Source: a candidate division WOR-3 bacterium
GTDB lineage: Bacteria; Hydrothermota; Hydrothermia; JBDRYB01
Direction: 5' to 3'
Assembly: GCA_039803205.1 (NCBI GenBank)
Contig: JBDRYB010000012.1
Location: forward strand, 1 to 49,401
DNA length: 49,401 nucleotides
The notes under the pieces were generated by a model. The model was not told where the DNA came from and made no database searches. It saw only the letters and a list, made by a program, of their open reading frames with translations. Below are positions 30,273 through 40,128 of the stretch, piece after piece. A program made the position numbers and the translations under genes. Every line of letters starts with the position of its first letter. Position 1 is the first letter of the stretch.

Positions 30273-32327
30273 ATGCCAGCGCCAAAGGCGGAGGAACCTT
30301 ATGATATTGCGAAGGTCCGCAACATTGGCTTCGCGGCGCACATTGACGCTGGCAAGACGACCCTAACAGAGCGAATCCTCTTCTATTCTGGGAGAACCCA
30401 CAGGCTCGGCGAGGTTGATGAGGGCACGACTGTCACGGACTGGATGCCCCAGGAGCGCGAGCGCGGCATAACCATCACTGCGGCCGCTACAACCTGTTTT
30501 TGGCTCGGCCACAGAATAAACATCATAGACACCCCTGGGCATGTGGACTTTACGGCAGAGGTTGAGCGATCTCTCAGGGTTCTGGACGGCCTCGTGGTCA
30601 TATTCTCGGCCGTTGAGGGGGTTGAGCCGCAATCAGAGACAGTCTGGCACCAGGCAGATAGATATGGGGTCCCTAGGCTCGCCTTCATAAACAAGCTTGA
30701 CAGGGTTGGTGCGAACCCTGAAAGGGTAATAGAGGAGATGAGGGAAAGGTTGGGGGCGAACCCATTAGTTATTCAGAAACAAATTGGTCTAGAAGAAGGC
30801 TTTGTCGGAATAGTTGACCTGATCCGCAGTAAGAAGGTGATATGGGAGGATGAGGCCGGCCTCGTTTTCACAACTAGCGAAGCAAACCGCTCCGATTTCT
30901 ACGAAGCATACGAGGAAATAGTCCTGGCCGCATCTGAGTTTCACGAGGACATCCTGGACGAATACGAGAAGGTGGGCTTCGTGAATCCCGACAAGATGGA
31001 CGAAGCCATAAGACAGGGGGTCATAACCAGGAAATTTGTCCCTGTCCTGATGGGATCCGCGGCAAAAAACAAGGGGGTTCAACCCGTCATGGACGCGATA
31101 GTCCGCTACCTTCCAAGCCCTCTTGATATACCCCCTGCAAAGGGAACCATACCGCACACGGGCGAGATCAGGGAATGTCCTCCGAGGCCGGACGCTCCCC
31201 TGGCCGGAGTCATATTCAAGGTTCAGCACCACCTTCACGCTGGGTATCTTTATTACACGAGGATATACTCCGGCGTCCTAAGGGGAAACCAGAAGGTCCT
31301 GAATGTGAGAACAGGTAAGATATCGCGGGCAACCAGGATATACCTCATGCACGCTGAAAGGCATACTCAGCTCCACGAGGCCAGGCCTGGAGAGATAGTT
31401 GCTTTGGTGGGGTTGACGGATGCGAGAACAGGGGACACGATAACTGACCCCGAACACCCCGTGATCATGGAAGGAATGAGTTTCCCTGAGCCAGCGGTTT
31501 CCGTGGCAATAGAGCCAAAGAGCTCGAGAGACGAAACCAGGCTAGCCGAAGCGCTTTCCGCTCTGGCTCAAGAGGACCCCACGCTTCAGATCATAAGGGA
31601 CGAGGAGACAGGCCAGATAATCCTCAGGGGAATGGGGGAATTGCACCTTGAGATAATAACCGACAGGATAAACAGGGAATTCGGCGTTCCAGTGAGGGCA
31701 GGAAGACCGCAGGTCACATACAGGGAGACCATAGCCAAAGAGGCAACCGCTTACGAGGAGTTTGACAAGGTGATAGGGGATGCCAGGCACCGCGGAGCAG
31801 TTGAGCTCTCGGTCATACCCCTTGAAAGGGGTGCCGGGAACCGGATCCGGTTCCCGGAGGATATTCCGGAGGAGCTTGAACGAGAGCTTGCGCCGGCACT
31901 TGCTGAGGCTTTATCATTTGGAGCTCTCACAGGGTATCCTGTGGTTGATGTAGAGGTTCAACTTATGAAAATAAGCCTAGAAGAAGGGACGACTCCTTTG
32001 GGCCTTAGATACGCCCTTGGCATGGCGTTTAAGGAGGCCTTCAGAAAGGGGGGTAGCCTTCTTCTTGAACCTGTCGTGGATGTTGAGACCCTGGTGCCAA
32101 AGGAGTTCCTTGGCGTCGTTATGGCTGACCTCTCGGCCAGAGGAGGTGAGGTCACTGGGCTTGAGCCCGGGCCGGGGTCCATGGACAAGGTAAGGGCCAA
32201 GGCTCCTCTGAGAAGGATGTTCGGTTACGCTACTGATCTGAGGAACCTTACCCAGGGCCGAGGAAACTTTTGGATGAGAATAGCAGGGTTCGCGCCCACC
32301 GCAAGCGCGAATGAGAGGAGGTCTTAG
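30273..32327 (+). CDS. fusA: Elongation factor G (divergent domain IV)
   Basis: [51 protein letters not shown]; own TATAAT at 30230. Confidence 0.93.
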   Translation: MPAPKAEEPYDIAKVRNIGFAAHIDAGKTTLTERILFYSGRTHRLGEVDEGTTVTDWMPQERERGITITAAATTCFWLGHRINIIDTPGHVDFTAEVERSLRVLDGLVVIFSAVEGVEPQSETVWHQADRYGVPRLAFINKLDRVGANPERVIEEMRERLGANPLVIQKQIGLEEGFVGIVDLIRSKKVIWEDEAGLVFTTSEANRSDFYEAYEEIVLAASEFHEDILDEYEKVGFVNPDKMDEAIRQGVITRKFVPVLMGSAAKNKGVQPVMDAIVRYLPSPLDIPPAKGTIPHTGEIRECPPRPDAPLAGVIFKVQHHLHAGYLYYTRIYSGVLRGNQKVLNVRTGKISRATRIYLMHAERHTQLHEARPGEIVALVGLTDARTGDTITDPEHPVIMEGMSFPEPAVSVAIEPKSSRDETRLAEALSALAQEDPTLQIIRDEETGQIILRGMGELHLEIITDRINREFGVPVRAGRPQVTYRETIAKEATAYEEFDKVIGDARHRGAVELSVIPLERGAGNRIRFPEDIPEELERELAPALAEALSFGALTGYPVVDVEVQLMKISLEEGTTPLGLRYALGMAFKEAFRKGGSLLLEPVVDVETLVPKEFLGVVMADLSARGGEVTGLEPGPGSMDKVRAKAPLRRMFGYATDLRNLTQGRGNFWMRIAGFAPTASANERRS

Positions 32328-32329
32328 AA

Positions 32330-33526
32330 ATGGCAAAAGCCAAGTTTGAAAGAACGAAACCGCACCTCAATGTGGGGACAATAGGCCACATTGACCACGG
32401 CAAGAGCACGCTAACTTCTGCCATAACCAAGTATCTCTCGCTCAAGGGCCTGGCCAAATACATGCCCTTTGAAGAGATAGACAAGGCCCCTGAGGAGAGG
32501 GAAAGGGGCATCACCATTCAGCTCTGTCACGCTGAATACGAGACCGAAAAGCGCCACTACGCTCACATAGATTGTCCTGGTCACGCTGACTACATCAAGA
32601 ACATGATCACGGGCGCCGCGCAGATGGACGGCGCCATACTCGTTGTCGCGGCCACCGATGGCGTCATGCCCCAGACAAGGGAACATGTGCTTTTGGCCCG
32701 GCAGGTGAATGTGCCGCAGATAGTGGTTTTCCTGAACAAGGTTGACGCGGTTGACGATCCGGAGATCATAGAGGTCGCCGAGCTTGAGGTCAGGGACCTT
32801 CTGAACAAATACGAATTCCCAGGAGACAAGGTTCCCGTTGTGCGTGGGTCAGCTCTCCTAGCCATGGAGGGACCCGATGATCCCAACGCGGATGTCTATA
32901 AGCCCATACAAGAGCTTTTGGACGCGATTGACAACTTCTTCCCCGAACCCGTTAGGGATGTGGATAAGCCGTTCCTCATGGCAATTGAGGACATCTTCTC
33001 AATAACGGGCCGTGGGACAGTCGTCACGGGAAGGGTTGAGCGCGGCATACTGAAGCCCATGGAGGAGGTTGAGGTAATAGGCTTCCGCGAGGAACCCATA
33101 AGGACCGTCGTCACATCCATAGAGATGTTCAGGAAGGTATTGGACGACGCGAGGCCTGGAGACAATGTCGGGCTTCTCCTCAGAGGGGTTGAGAAAGATG
33201 AAGTCTTCCGAGGCATGGTTGTCGCGAAGCCGAAGTCAATAACCCCTCACAAGAAATTCAAGGCCCAGGTCTATGTCCTGACCCAGGAAGAAGGCGGCAG
33301 GCACAAACCCTTCTTCAATGGCTACAGGCCTCAGTTCTATTTCAGGACAACGGATGTAACGGGAACCATAATCCTGCCAGGGGACAAGATGGTGATGCCC
33401 GGGGACCATGTTGAGCTGGATATTGAGCTCATATCCCCGGTTGCACTTGAGCGGGAGCTCAGGTTCGCCATACGAGAGGGTGGCAAAACGGTGGGTGCAG
33501 GTGTCGTAACCGAAATAGTGGAGTAG
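32330..33526 (+). CDS. tuf: Elongation factor Tu
   Basis: [39 protein letters not shown]. Confidence 0.99.
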   Translation: MAKAKFERTKPHLNVGTIGHIDHGKSTLTSAITKYLSLKGLAKYMPFEEIDKAPEERERGITIQLCHAEYETEKRHYAHIDCPGHADYIKNMITGAAQMDGAILVVAATDGVMPQTREHVLLARQVNVPQIVVFLNKVDAVDDPEIIEVAELEVRDLLNKYEFPGDKVPVVRGSALLAMEGPDDPNADVYKPIQELLDAIDNFFPEPVRDVDKPFLMAIEDIFSITGRGTVVTGRVERGILKPMEEVEVIGFREEPIRTVVTSIEMFRKVLDDARPGDNVGLLLRGVEKDEVFRGMVVAKPKSITPHKKFKAQVYVLTQEEGGRHKPFFNGYRPQFYFRTTDVTGTIILPGDKMVMPGDHVELDIELISPVALERELRFAIREGGKTVGAGVVTEIVE

Positions 33527-33527
33527 C

Positions 33528-33839
33528 ATGGTAGAGGGAAAGATACGGATAAGGCTCAAGGCCTTTGATCCCGCCATCCTGGATGTGTGGGCAAGGCGGA
33601 TAGTTCTCACGGCTCGCACAACCGGCGCGGAGGTCAAGGGTCCCATTCCTCTTCCGACAAAAAGAACCCTCTACTCGGTCATCCGCGGCCCCCACATAGA
33701 CAAGAGGAGTCAGGAGCACTTTGAGCTAAAGGTGCACAGGCGCCTCATTGAGATACTCTCTTCCACGAACGAAACCATAGACAAGCTCTCCAGGCTGGAT
33801 CTGCCAGCAGGCGTTGAGGTTGACATAAAGGTGGTATAG
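33528..33839 (+). CDS. rpsJ: 30S ribosomal protein uS10
   Basis: IRIRLKAFD, GPIPLPT, H.RLI. Confidence 0.98.
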   Translation: MVEGKIRIRLKAFDPAILDVWARRIVLTARTTGAEVKGPIPLPTKRTLYSVIRGPHIDKRSQEHFELKVHRRLIEILSSTNETIDKLSRLDLPAGVEVDIKVV

Positions 33840-33841
33840 AA

Positions 33842-34522
33842 ATGCTCATAGGCGTAAAGGTTGGAATGACAAGGGTCTCGTCTCCGAATGGGGTCGTGGA
33901 AGCCGTAACAGCTATAAAAGTGGGGCCCTGCTATATCCTTGACCTGAAGACGCCTGAGCGCGATGGCTACTCAGCGGTAAAGCTGGGGTTCGGGGAGAAA
34001 AAACCCTCCAGGATACCCAGGCCCATACTCGGCCAGCTGAGAAAAGCCCTCGGCGAGAGGGAGACTTATCCGGCTGAGGTCATAAAGGAATTCCGTCTAG
34101 ACGACATATCGGGGTTCCAGGTCGGCCAAGAAGTGACCCTGAGAGATCTGTTGAACCTGCCGGAGGAAAGCGAGGGACTTTCCTGGATAGAGGATCTTTG
34201 GCTGGATATCACCGGCATCACGAAGGGCCGCGGGACCGCTGGCTGGGTCAAGCGCTGGGGGTTCGCTGGGGGGCCAAAGAGCCACGGAACGAAGTTTGGG
34301 AGGAGGCCAGGTTCAATAGGCCAGCACTCCGAACCATCCAAGGTCTTCAAGGGCCTTAAGATGGCGGGAAGGTATGGGAACGAAAGCCTGACGATCGTTG
34401 GCCTAAGGGCAATATGCGCGCTCCCAAAGAAGGATCTCCTCCTGGTAAAAGGAGCAGTGCCTGGCCCTACAGGCGGTTACTTGTTCATAAAACCCTCAAA
34501 AAGGAGGCAGTCCCGTGGCTAA
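33842..34522 (+). CDS. rplC: 50S ribosomal protein uL3
   Basis: G.KVGMT, DGY.A, KGRG..G.VKRW, PGSIG, KGAVPG. Confidence 0.97.
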   Translation: MLIGVKVGMTRVSSPNGVVEAVTAIKVGPCYILDLKTPERDGYSAVKLGFGEKKPSRIPRPILGQLRKALGERETYPAEVIKEFRLDDISGFQVGQEVTLRDLLNLPEESEGLSWIEDLWLDITGITKGRGTAGWVKRWGFAGGPKSHGTKFGRRPGSIGQHSEPSKVFKGLKMAGRYGNESLTIVGLRAICALPKKDLLLVKGAVPGPTGGYLFIKPSKRRQSRG

Positions 34523-35144
34523 GGCGCCCGTTTATTCCCCTGAGGGCAAGAGGCTTGGCGAGATGGATCTTCCTGCCGGAATATTTGACCTGAAGCCAAA
34601 TCCGGAGCTCCTTTGGGAGGCAGTCCGAATGTATCTCGCTAATCAGAGACAGGGCAACGCGGAGGCCAAAACCAGAGGAGAAGTCATAGGCTCAAGACGA
34701 AAGATATGGCGCCAGAAGCACACGGGCAGGGCAAGGCACGGCGATCGGTATGCCCCAATATTCAGAGGCGGAGGCGTCGCACACGGCCCCCACAAGAGGG
34801 ATTACTCGTATTCGCTTCCCAGAAAGGCCCTAAAAAAGGCCTTGGCCATGGGTCTCTCCGACAGAGCGAGCGCAGAAAGGGTAATCGTGGTTTCACCAGG
34901 CTTCCAGATGGAAAAACCCAGAACTAAGGAGATATGGAGCTTCCTTGAATCCGCGGATCTGGTGGGCAAAAACATACTGATCATCTCCTCTCCGGGCAAC
35001 AGGAACCTGTATCTCTCCGGAAGGAACATAGGCAGGGTGAAGGTCATGGATGTGAACGAGACAAACGCATACCATGTCCTATGGTCAGATTTCCTCGTTC
35101 TTGAGGAACCGTGCGTGAAACTTCTGGAGGAGAGACTATCATGA
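34515..35144 (+). CDS. rplD: 50S ribosomal protein uL4
   Basis: RQG...KTRGEV, WRQKHTGRARHG, GGG.AHGP. Confidence 0.97.
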   Translation: MAKAPVYSPEGKRLGEMDLPAGIFDLKPNPELLWEAVRMYLANQRQGNAEAKTRGEVIGSRRKIWRQKHTGRARHGDRYAPIFRGGGVAHGPHKRDYSYSLPRKALKKALAMGLSDRASAERVIVVSPGFQMEKPRTKEIWSFLESADLVGKNILIISSPGNRNLYLSGRNIGRVKVMDVNETNAYHVLWSDFLVLEEPCVKLLEERLS

Positions 35145-35449
35145 AAGTAGCGCCGAAGGACCCGAGGGACATCATACTGAGGCCAATACTCACGGAGAAG
35201 GCCCTCAATCTCCGAGAGCATTATAACCAGTATGTCTTTGAAGTTCCTAAGAGCGCCACGAAGAGAGCGGTAAAAAGAGCCATAGAGACCGTGTTTGGGG
35301 TTCAGGTTGAGGGGGTTCAGATGATGAACATGAAGCCGAAGCCCAAGAGAACCAGGAGCAGGAGGCGCATGGGTCGGACCAGGGGATGGAAAAAGGCAAT
35401 AGTGAAGTTGAGGGAAGGCCAGCGCATAACCGAACTGGAGGCAGGATAA
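35141..35449 (+). CDS. rplW: 50S ribosomal protein uL23
   Basis: P..TEK, Y.FEV...ATK, WKKAIV.L; ATGA overlap with rplD. Confidence 0.96.
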   Translation: MKVAPKDPRDIILRPILTEKALNLREHYNQYVFEVPKSATKRAVKRAIETVFGVQVEGVQMMNMKPKPKRTRSRRRMGRTRGWKKAIVKLREGQRITELEAG

Positions 35450-36271
35450 ATGGGAGTGAAAACCTACAAGCCAACAACCCCTTCCAGACGATACATAACC
35501 ACGCCGGACTACTCCGGCCTCACCAAGACCAAGCCTCCTAGGGCTCTGAGAAAGAGGCTTAGAAAAACATCTGGCAGGAACAACCAGGGCAGGATAACTG
35601 CTTGGCAGAGAGGGGGAGGGCACAAGAGGATATACAGGGTAATTGATTTCAGGAGGGAAAAGCACGGGGTTCCAGGGGTCGTCAAAACCATTGAATACGA
35701 TCCAAACAGAACGGCCTTCATCGCGCTGGTGGCTTACAAGGACGGCGAGCGCAGATACATCATAGCTCCGGAGGGGCTCTCGGTTGGGGATACCGTTGTG
35801 TCGGGGCCTGGTTCACCCGTGAAGCCCGGGAACGCTCTTCCTCTCAAGGAAATCCCTGAGGGATTCCCCATTCACAACATAGAGATGATCCCTGGCAGGG
35901 GCGGACAAATGGTCAGGTCAGCGGGAAGCTCGGCAGTCATCCTTTCCAAGGAGGAGAACAGGGTTCATGTTCAACTGCCATCAGGTGAGGTCAGGATATT
36001 TGATGGGAGGTGCATCGCTACAGTTGGAGTTGTCTCCAACCCGGACCACGAGAAGGTGGTAATAGGAAAGGCGGGAAGGATCAGGCACATGGGCAGAAGG
36101 CCGAATGTGCGAGGGGTTGCCATGAACCCAGTTGATCATCCCCACGGCGGCGGAGAGGGCAGGAACAAGGGCAAGGTCCCAAAGACCCCCTGGGGGAAGA
36201 TGGCCCGGGGAGCAAAAACTAGAAAGGGTAAGAAGGCATCCGACCGGCTCATAGTCAAGAGGAGGAAATAA
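35450..36271 (+). CDS. rplB: 50S ribosomal protein uL2
   Basis: [32 protein letters not shown]. Confidence 0.99.
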   Translation: MGVKTYKPTTPSRRYITTPDYSGLTKTKPPRALRKRLRKTSGRNNQGRITAWQRGGGHKRIYRVIDFRREKHGVPGVVKTIEYDPNRTAFIALVAYKDGERRYIIAPEGLSVGDTVVSGPGSPVKPGNALPLKEIPEGFPIHNIEMIPGRGGQMVRSAGSSAVILSKEENRVHVQLPSGEVRIFDGRCIATVGVVSNPDHEKVVIGKAGRIRHMGRRPNVRGVAMNPVDHPHGGGEGRNKGKVPKTPWGKMARGAKTRKGKKASDRLIVKRRK

Positions 36272-36558
36272 TGGGAAGATCGGTCAAAAAAGGGCCTTAT
36301 GTTGATGCGAAGCTCCTCAAGAAGGTCAAAGCGATGAACGAGACGGGCGACAAGAAACCCATAAAAACCTGGGCAAGGGCGTGCACGATAATTCCTGAGA
36401 TGATAGGCCACACATTCCTCGTTCACAACGGTCGCAAGCACATTCCGGTCTACATCACTCAGGAGATGGTCGGGCACAAGCTCGGTGAGTTTTCGCCCAC
36501 CAGGACATTCAAGGGCCACAAGGAAGCGAAGAAGGCCCTGAAGATAAAACCAGGATAA
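36271..36558 (+). CDS. rpsS: 30S ribosomal protein uS19
   Basis: [23 protein letters not shown]. Confidence 0.99.
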   Translation: MGRSVKKGPYVDAKLLKKVKAMNETGDKKPIKTWARACTIIPEMIGHTFLVHNGRKHIPVYITQEMVGHKLGEFSPTRTFKGHKEAKKALKIKPG

Positions 36559-36559
36559 G

Positions 36560-36922
36560 ATGACGGGAAGATGCGTTCTCAGATACAGAAGGGTCTCCCC
36601 TAAGAAGGCCCGGCTCCTCGCTGAGCTCATAAAGGGGAAACCCGTGTCCGAGGCAAAGGCACTGCTCTCGGTCACCCCGAAAAGGTCAGCGAGGATCTTC
36701 CTGAAAGCCATATCAGCGGCCGTTTCCTCTTGTAGGGAGAAATCAGGGGAGAAATTGGATGAGGGGGAGATGGTGATATCGGATGTGAGGGTCGATCAGG
36801 GGCCTAGCTGGAGAATACTCAAGCCAGCGATAAAGCCGCTGAGGTTCGGGGGATACAGCACGATAAGAAGAAGAACTAGCCACATAACTGTGGAGGTAAG
36901 ATACGAGGAGACAGAAGGATAA
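36560..36922 (+). CDS. rplV: 50S ribosomal protein uL22 (atypical beta-hairpin)
   Basis: R.SPKKAR, VDQGP, RTSHITV; position between rpsS and rpsC. Confidence 0.93.
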   Translation: MTGRCVLRYRRVSPKKARLLAELIKGKPVSEAKALLSVTPKRSARIFLKAISAAVSSCREKSGEKLDEGEMVISDVRVDQGPSWRILKPAIKPLRFGGYSTIRRRTSHITVEVRYEETEG

Positions 36923-37578
36923 TGGGACAGAAGGTTCATCCGGTAGGTTTTAGGCTTGGAATAACCAAGGATTGGACGAGCAGATGGTTTGCTGACAAGA
37001 AGCGCTTCCCGGCCTATCTCCGGGAGGACATGGAGATTAGGCGTCTCATAATGAGACAATACTCAGGCGCGGACATCTCCAAGATAGTTATAGACAGGGC
37101 CGCGCAGAGGGTAACTGTCACCATCTATACGGGCAAGCCTGGAGTCATAATAGGGAGAAGGGGGGCTGATGTAGAAGCCCTCAGGGCCGAGCTCGCGAGA
37201 ATGACAGGGCTACGCGGTTTGGGGGTTAACATACAAGAGATAACCAATCCTGAAACGGACGCGCAGATAGTAGCTGAGAACATCGCTAGGCAAATAGAGA
37301 AGCGCGTCTCCCACCGCAGGGCCATGAAGCGAGCGGTTGAAAACGCCCTGCGCATGGGCGCGAAGGGCATAAAGATAAGGTGCAAGGGGCGCCTCGGCGG
37401 AGCTGAGATAGCCAGAAAGGAGTGGTATCTCAGGGGGCGCGTGCCCCTTCAAACCCTCAGAGCCAACATAGATTACGGCTTCGCCACATGCTTCACGAAA
37501 TACGGAACAATAGGGGTTAAGGTCTGGATATACAAGGGCGAGAAGCTCGGGCCCCGTCAAGTGGAAACGGAGGAATAA
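36922..37578 (+). CDS. rpsC: 30S ribosomal protein uS3
   Basis: [40 protein letters not shown]. Confidence 0.99.
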   Translation: MGQKVHPVGFRLGITKDWTSRWFADKKRFPAYLREDMEIRRLIMRQYSGADISKIVIDRAAQRVTVTIYTGKPGVIIGRRGADVEALRAELARMTGLRGLGVNIQEITNPETDAQIVAENIARQIEKRVSHRRAMKRAVENALRMGAKGIKIRCKGRLGGAEIARKEWYLRGRVPLQTLRANIDYGFATCFTKYGTIGVKVWIYKGEKLGPRQVETEE

Positions 37579-37581
37579 TCT

Positions 37582-38004
37582 ATGCTACTGGCGCCAAAAA
37601 GGACGAAATTCCGCAAACAACAGAGAGGCCGTAGAAAGGGCATTGCTCAGTCCGGGAACAGCCTTTATTTTGGGGATTACGGAATAAAAGCAACCGAAAG
37701 CGCTTGGATCACCGCGCGGCAAATAGAGGCGGTGAGAGTATCCCTCTCAAGGGCCCTTGGCAAGGGCGCGAAGGTATGGATAAGGATATTCCCGGACAAA
37801 CCGGTTACCAAAAAGCCGGCCGAAACGCGCCAAGGCAAGGGAAAGGGTAATGTGGAGTTCTGGGTTGCTGTTGTAAAACGAGGCAAAATGCTCTTTGAGT
37901 TCTCAGGGGTCTCCGATGCGACTGCCCGTGAGGCATACAGGAAGGCGGCCCGCAAATTGCCGATCAAGACCCGGTTCGTGTCCAGGGCAGAGGGAGGTGT
38001 GTGA
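37582..38004 (+). CDS. rplP: 50S ribosomal protein uL16
   Basis: [31 protein letters not shown]. Confidence 0.99.
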   Translation: MLLAPKRTKFRKQQRGRRKGIAQSGNSLYFGDYGIKATESAWITARQIEAVRVSLSRALGKGAKVWIRIFPDKPVTKKPAETRQGKGKGNVEFWVAVVKRGKMLFEFSGVSDATAREAYRKAARKLPIKTRFVSRAEGGV

Positions 38005-38007
38005 GAT

Positions 38008-38217
38008 ATGGGAAAGAAGGCGAAGGAGATAAGGGAGCTAACCCCGAAGGAGCGAGAGACAAGGCTCCGCGAGCTCAAGGACGAGTATTTCAAACTGAGG
38101 ATAGCAAAGCAGTTGGGTCAGGTTCAGCAGTTTCACAGGTTTAAGGAGATAAGGCGGGAGATAGCTAGATTGATGACGATAATGAGGGAATCAGAGGGGG
38201 AGGAGAGGGGTGTATGA
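38008..38217 (+). CDS. rpmC: 50S ribosomal protein uL29
   Basis: KAKEIREL, LKDEYFKLR, IRREIARL.T; follows rplP. Confidence 0.95.
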   Translation: MGKKAKEIRELTPKERETRLRELKDEYFKLRIAKQLGQVQQFHRFKEIRREIARLMTIMRESEGEERGV

Positions 38218-39571
38218 GATCCTATTCCTCCTGAGCTTCTCCACCCAAAGCCCAGAGGGGGCCTATCTCCCCTTCTTGCCTCAGGAGACCCTTAATGTAG
38301 AGCTCATAGCCACATGGAGCGATGGGGATACAAGCAATAATGGTTGTTCCGTGGTGGCTAGGGACGGATATGTCTATCTGGCCCTGGGGTCAGGGGGCTT
38401 ATCGGTTCTGGATGCCAGATACCCGGATGACAGCGTGGTTGAGGTCTATAACGAGGACAGCGTATTCGTGGATGGACTGCAGGTGAAAGATACCCTTTTG
38501 CTGGCCAGAACAATAAGTGAAGGGGTTCGCGGGTATCTGGACATCTTCTCAATTGCTGATCCCGTAAATCCGCAACTGATCGGCAGGGTGCAATTGAACA
38601 CCAGAAATGACGACAAGTTCTCCGGGGGGAGCTCCTATATCTATATATACGGCACAATAGCTGTATAGACTTATTCCAGCTGGTCTGCCCTCATCTTGAT
38701 AGATATTTCCGAACCAACCGCACCCAAGAAATTAACCGGATGGCGCCCCACCTGGAACTCTGGCATCTATCAGGTTGCCTTCTATCCCCCGAAATACCTG
38801 TATTGCTCAAGCAACAGAGGGGTTGGAGGCTACAATGTCCTTTACATACTGGATGTCTCAGATCCGGCTAATCCGGTTGTGGCTGATTCTCTCCTTTCGT
38901 GGTTCGGGGTGTCCATGGCAATTGAGACCTACGATCATTATCTCTATTGCGGCTCAACAGCGGCCTCCGTGTGGGGCATCTCAGACCCCTTGAACCCTGT
39001 TCTCACTGACACATATCCCTTCTACGATAGGGCTGAGGATTACTTCATTAACCCTTCTAACAAGAGGCTTTATGCTGTAAATCACCTGTATGTGTTTGAC
39101 ATCTCTGAGCCAAGCAAGCTCAGGAGGGTTGGGGAGTGGCATGATACTGAATACTGGTGCTTCTCTGTTTATTACGACAGGGGCTACATCTACACCGCGG
39201 GAAGGGGAGGCCTCGATCATTCAATTGACCTCTACATCCTTCACTACAAATATGACACCATAATCCCCCCGGATACGGGGGACACCTCCGAGGATTACCT
39301 GGAGTGGGTTAGAACCGTTTATGGGAATCCGGGCCTTGAGTTCTCCCTGAGCCGGGAGGCCAATGTTTCTTTCTCCCTTTTCAACGCGGCGGGACTGAAA
39401 GCCTTTGAGAAAGACCTTGGCCTCCTTGAACCAGGGCCGCATACCATAACCCTGCCCGGAGGATTGAATCCTGGGGTTTATGTTCTTTTCCTGAAAACAA
39501 ACGAACAAAGCACAAACAGAAAGATCATCTTTACAAAAGGAGGTTTTGGCCTTCCCCTGCCTTCCTTCTGA
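38210..39571 (+). pseudogene. LVIVD-repeat secreted protein with C-terminal T9SS-like domain, interrupted by one in-frame TAG (38666-38668)
   Basis: ORFs 38210-38668 and 38696-39571 are in the same frame with only the TAG between them; repeats such as YVYLA..GL.VLD, IDISEP, LDVSDPANP, FDISEP; C-terminal FNAAG....PGVY.L. Confidence 0.75.
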
Positions 39572-39708
39572 TTCCTCTTTTAACATGAATAAGCTTAAAG
39601 CAGAGCAAGTAGGCTAAACTAAAGCCGAAGGGCGGCACATGAGCCCATTGGAAACGAAAAACAGCCGAGCCTTGGTGCTGGGGGAGGCAAAAGGAGGGTA
39701 AGGTTAAA

Positions 39709-39894
39709 ATGAAAGAGATGGATACTATCCGGGATGAGACCACGATGGCTCAGATACTGAAAACAGCAAAGGATGAAACAGGACTCAAGGATACAAAGGA
39801 CATCGGCAAGAATCTTGCAATAGGGGGAATGGTGGTGGCGGCGATAGGCGGAGCTCTGATGATGGTTGGTAAAATCCTAATGGAAAACAACTGA
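39709..39894 (+). CDS. Small 61-aa protein with C-terminal Gly/Ala-rich hydrophobic helix
   Basis: AAGGAGG upstream; charged N-terminus then LAIGGMVVAAIGGALMMVG. Confidence 0.6.
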   Translation: MKEMDTIRDETTMAQILKTAKDETGLKDTKDIGKNLAIGGMVVAAIGGALMMVGKILMENN

Positions 39895-40043
39895 CAATAA
39901 ACAACTAAGAGGGTGGCACCGACCCAGAAACGGAAGGTCCTGCCTCCCCAGGTGCCGGGGAGGCCAGAGATACAGTTTAGAGAAAAGAATGAGGAAATGC
40001 TGAACACTCTGATCAACAAGGAAGACGAGCGGGTAAGAAGGAT

Positions 40044-40080
40044 AACCCCTGAGCAATCACGCCGCCCCTCGGGGTTTTTA
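40044..40080 (+). terminator. Possible intrinsic terminator upstream of the CARF operon
   Basis: AACCCC(T)GAG...CTCGGGGTT stem with a long loop, then a T run. Confidence 0.4.
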
Positions 40081-40120
40081 TTGCACGAGGGTATTGTGTT
40101 CCTCTATAATTTCGCCGGAG
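40081..40120 (+). promoter_or_regulatory. Promoter and SD of the CARF operon
   Basis: TTGCAC(40081)-18 bp-TATAAT(40105), GGAG at 40117, ATG 40129. Confidence 0.7.
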
Positions 40121-40128
40121 GCAACCTT

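Noticed and set aside
34700..34745. uL4 loop QKHTG instead of QKGTG as a resistance mutation
   Set aside because: QKHTGRARHG is a natural variant known from Thermus/Thermotoga-type uL4.
34802..35665. Long antisense ORFs over the ribosomal, hdr/mvh and other genes (e.g. 287 aa here, 224 aa at 13440-14114)
   Set aside because: Shadow frames of well-supported genes, with no recognisable motifs or start signals.
39911..39970. HDV-like ribozyme fold in the second non-coding motif
   Set aside because: A P3/L3-like segment is present, but a 7-bp P1, the P2 3' strand and the J4/2 catalytic C could not be assigned.
39913..40128. 72-aa N-terminal extension of the first CARF ORF in the ORF track
   Set aside because: The region holds a terminator-like hairpin, a consensus promoter and an SD pointing to ATG 40129; family motifs start after it.
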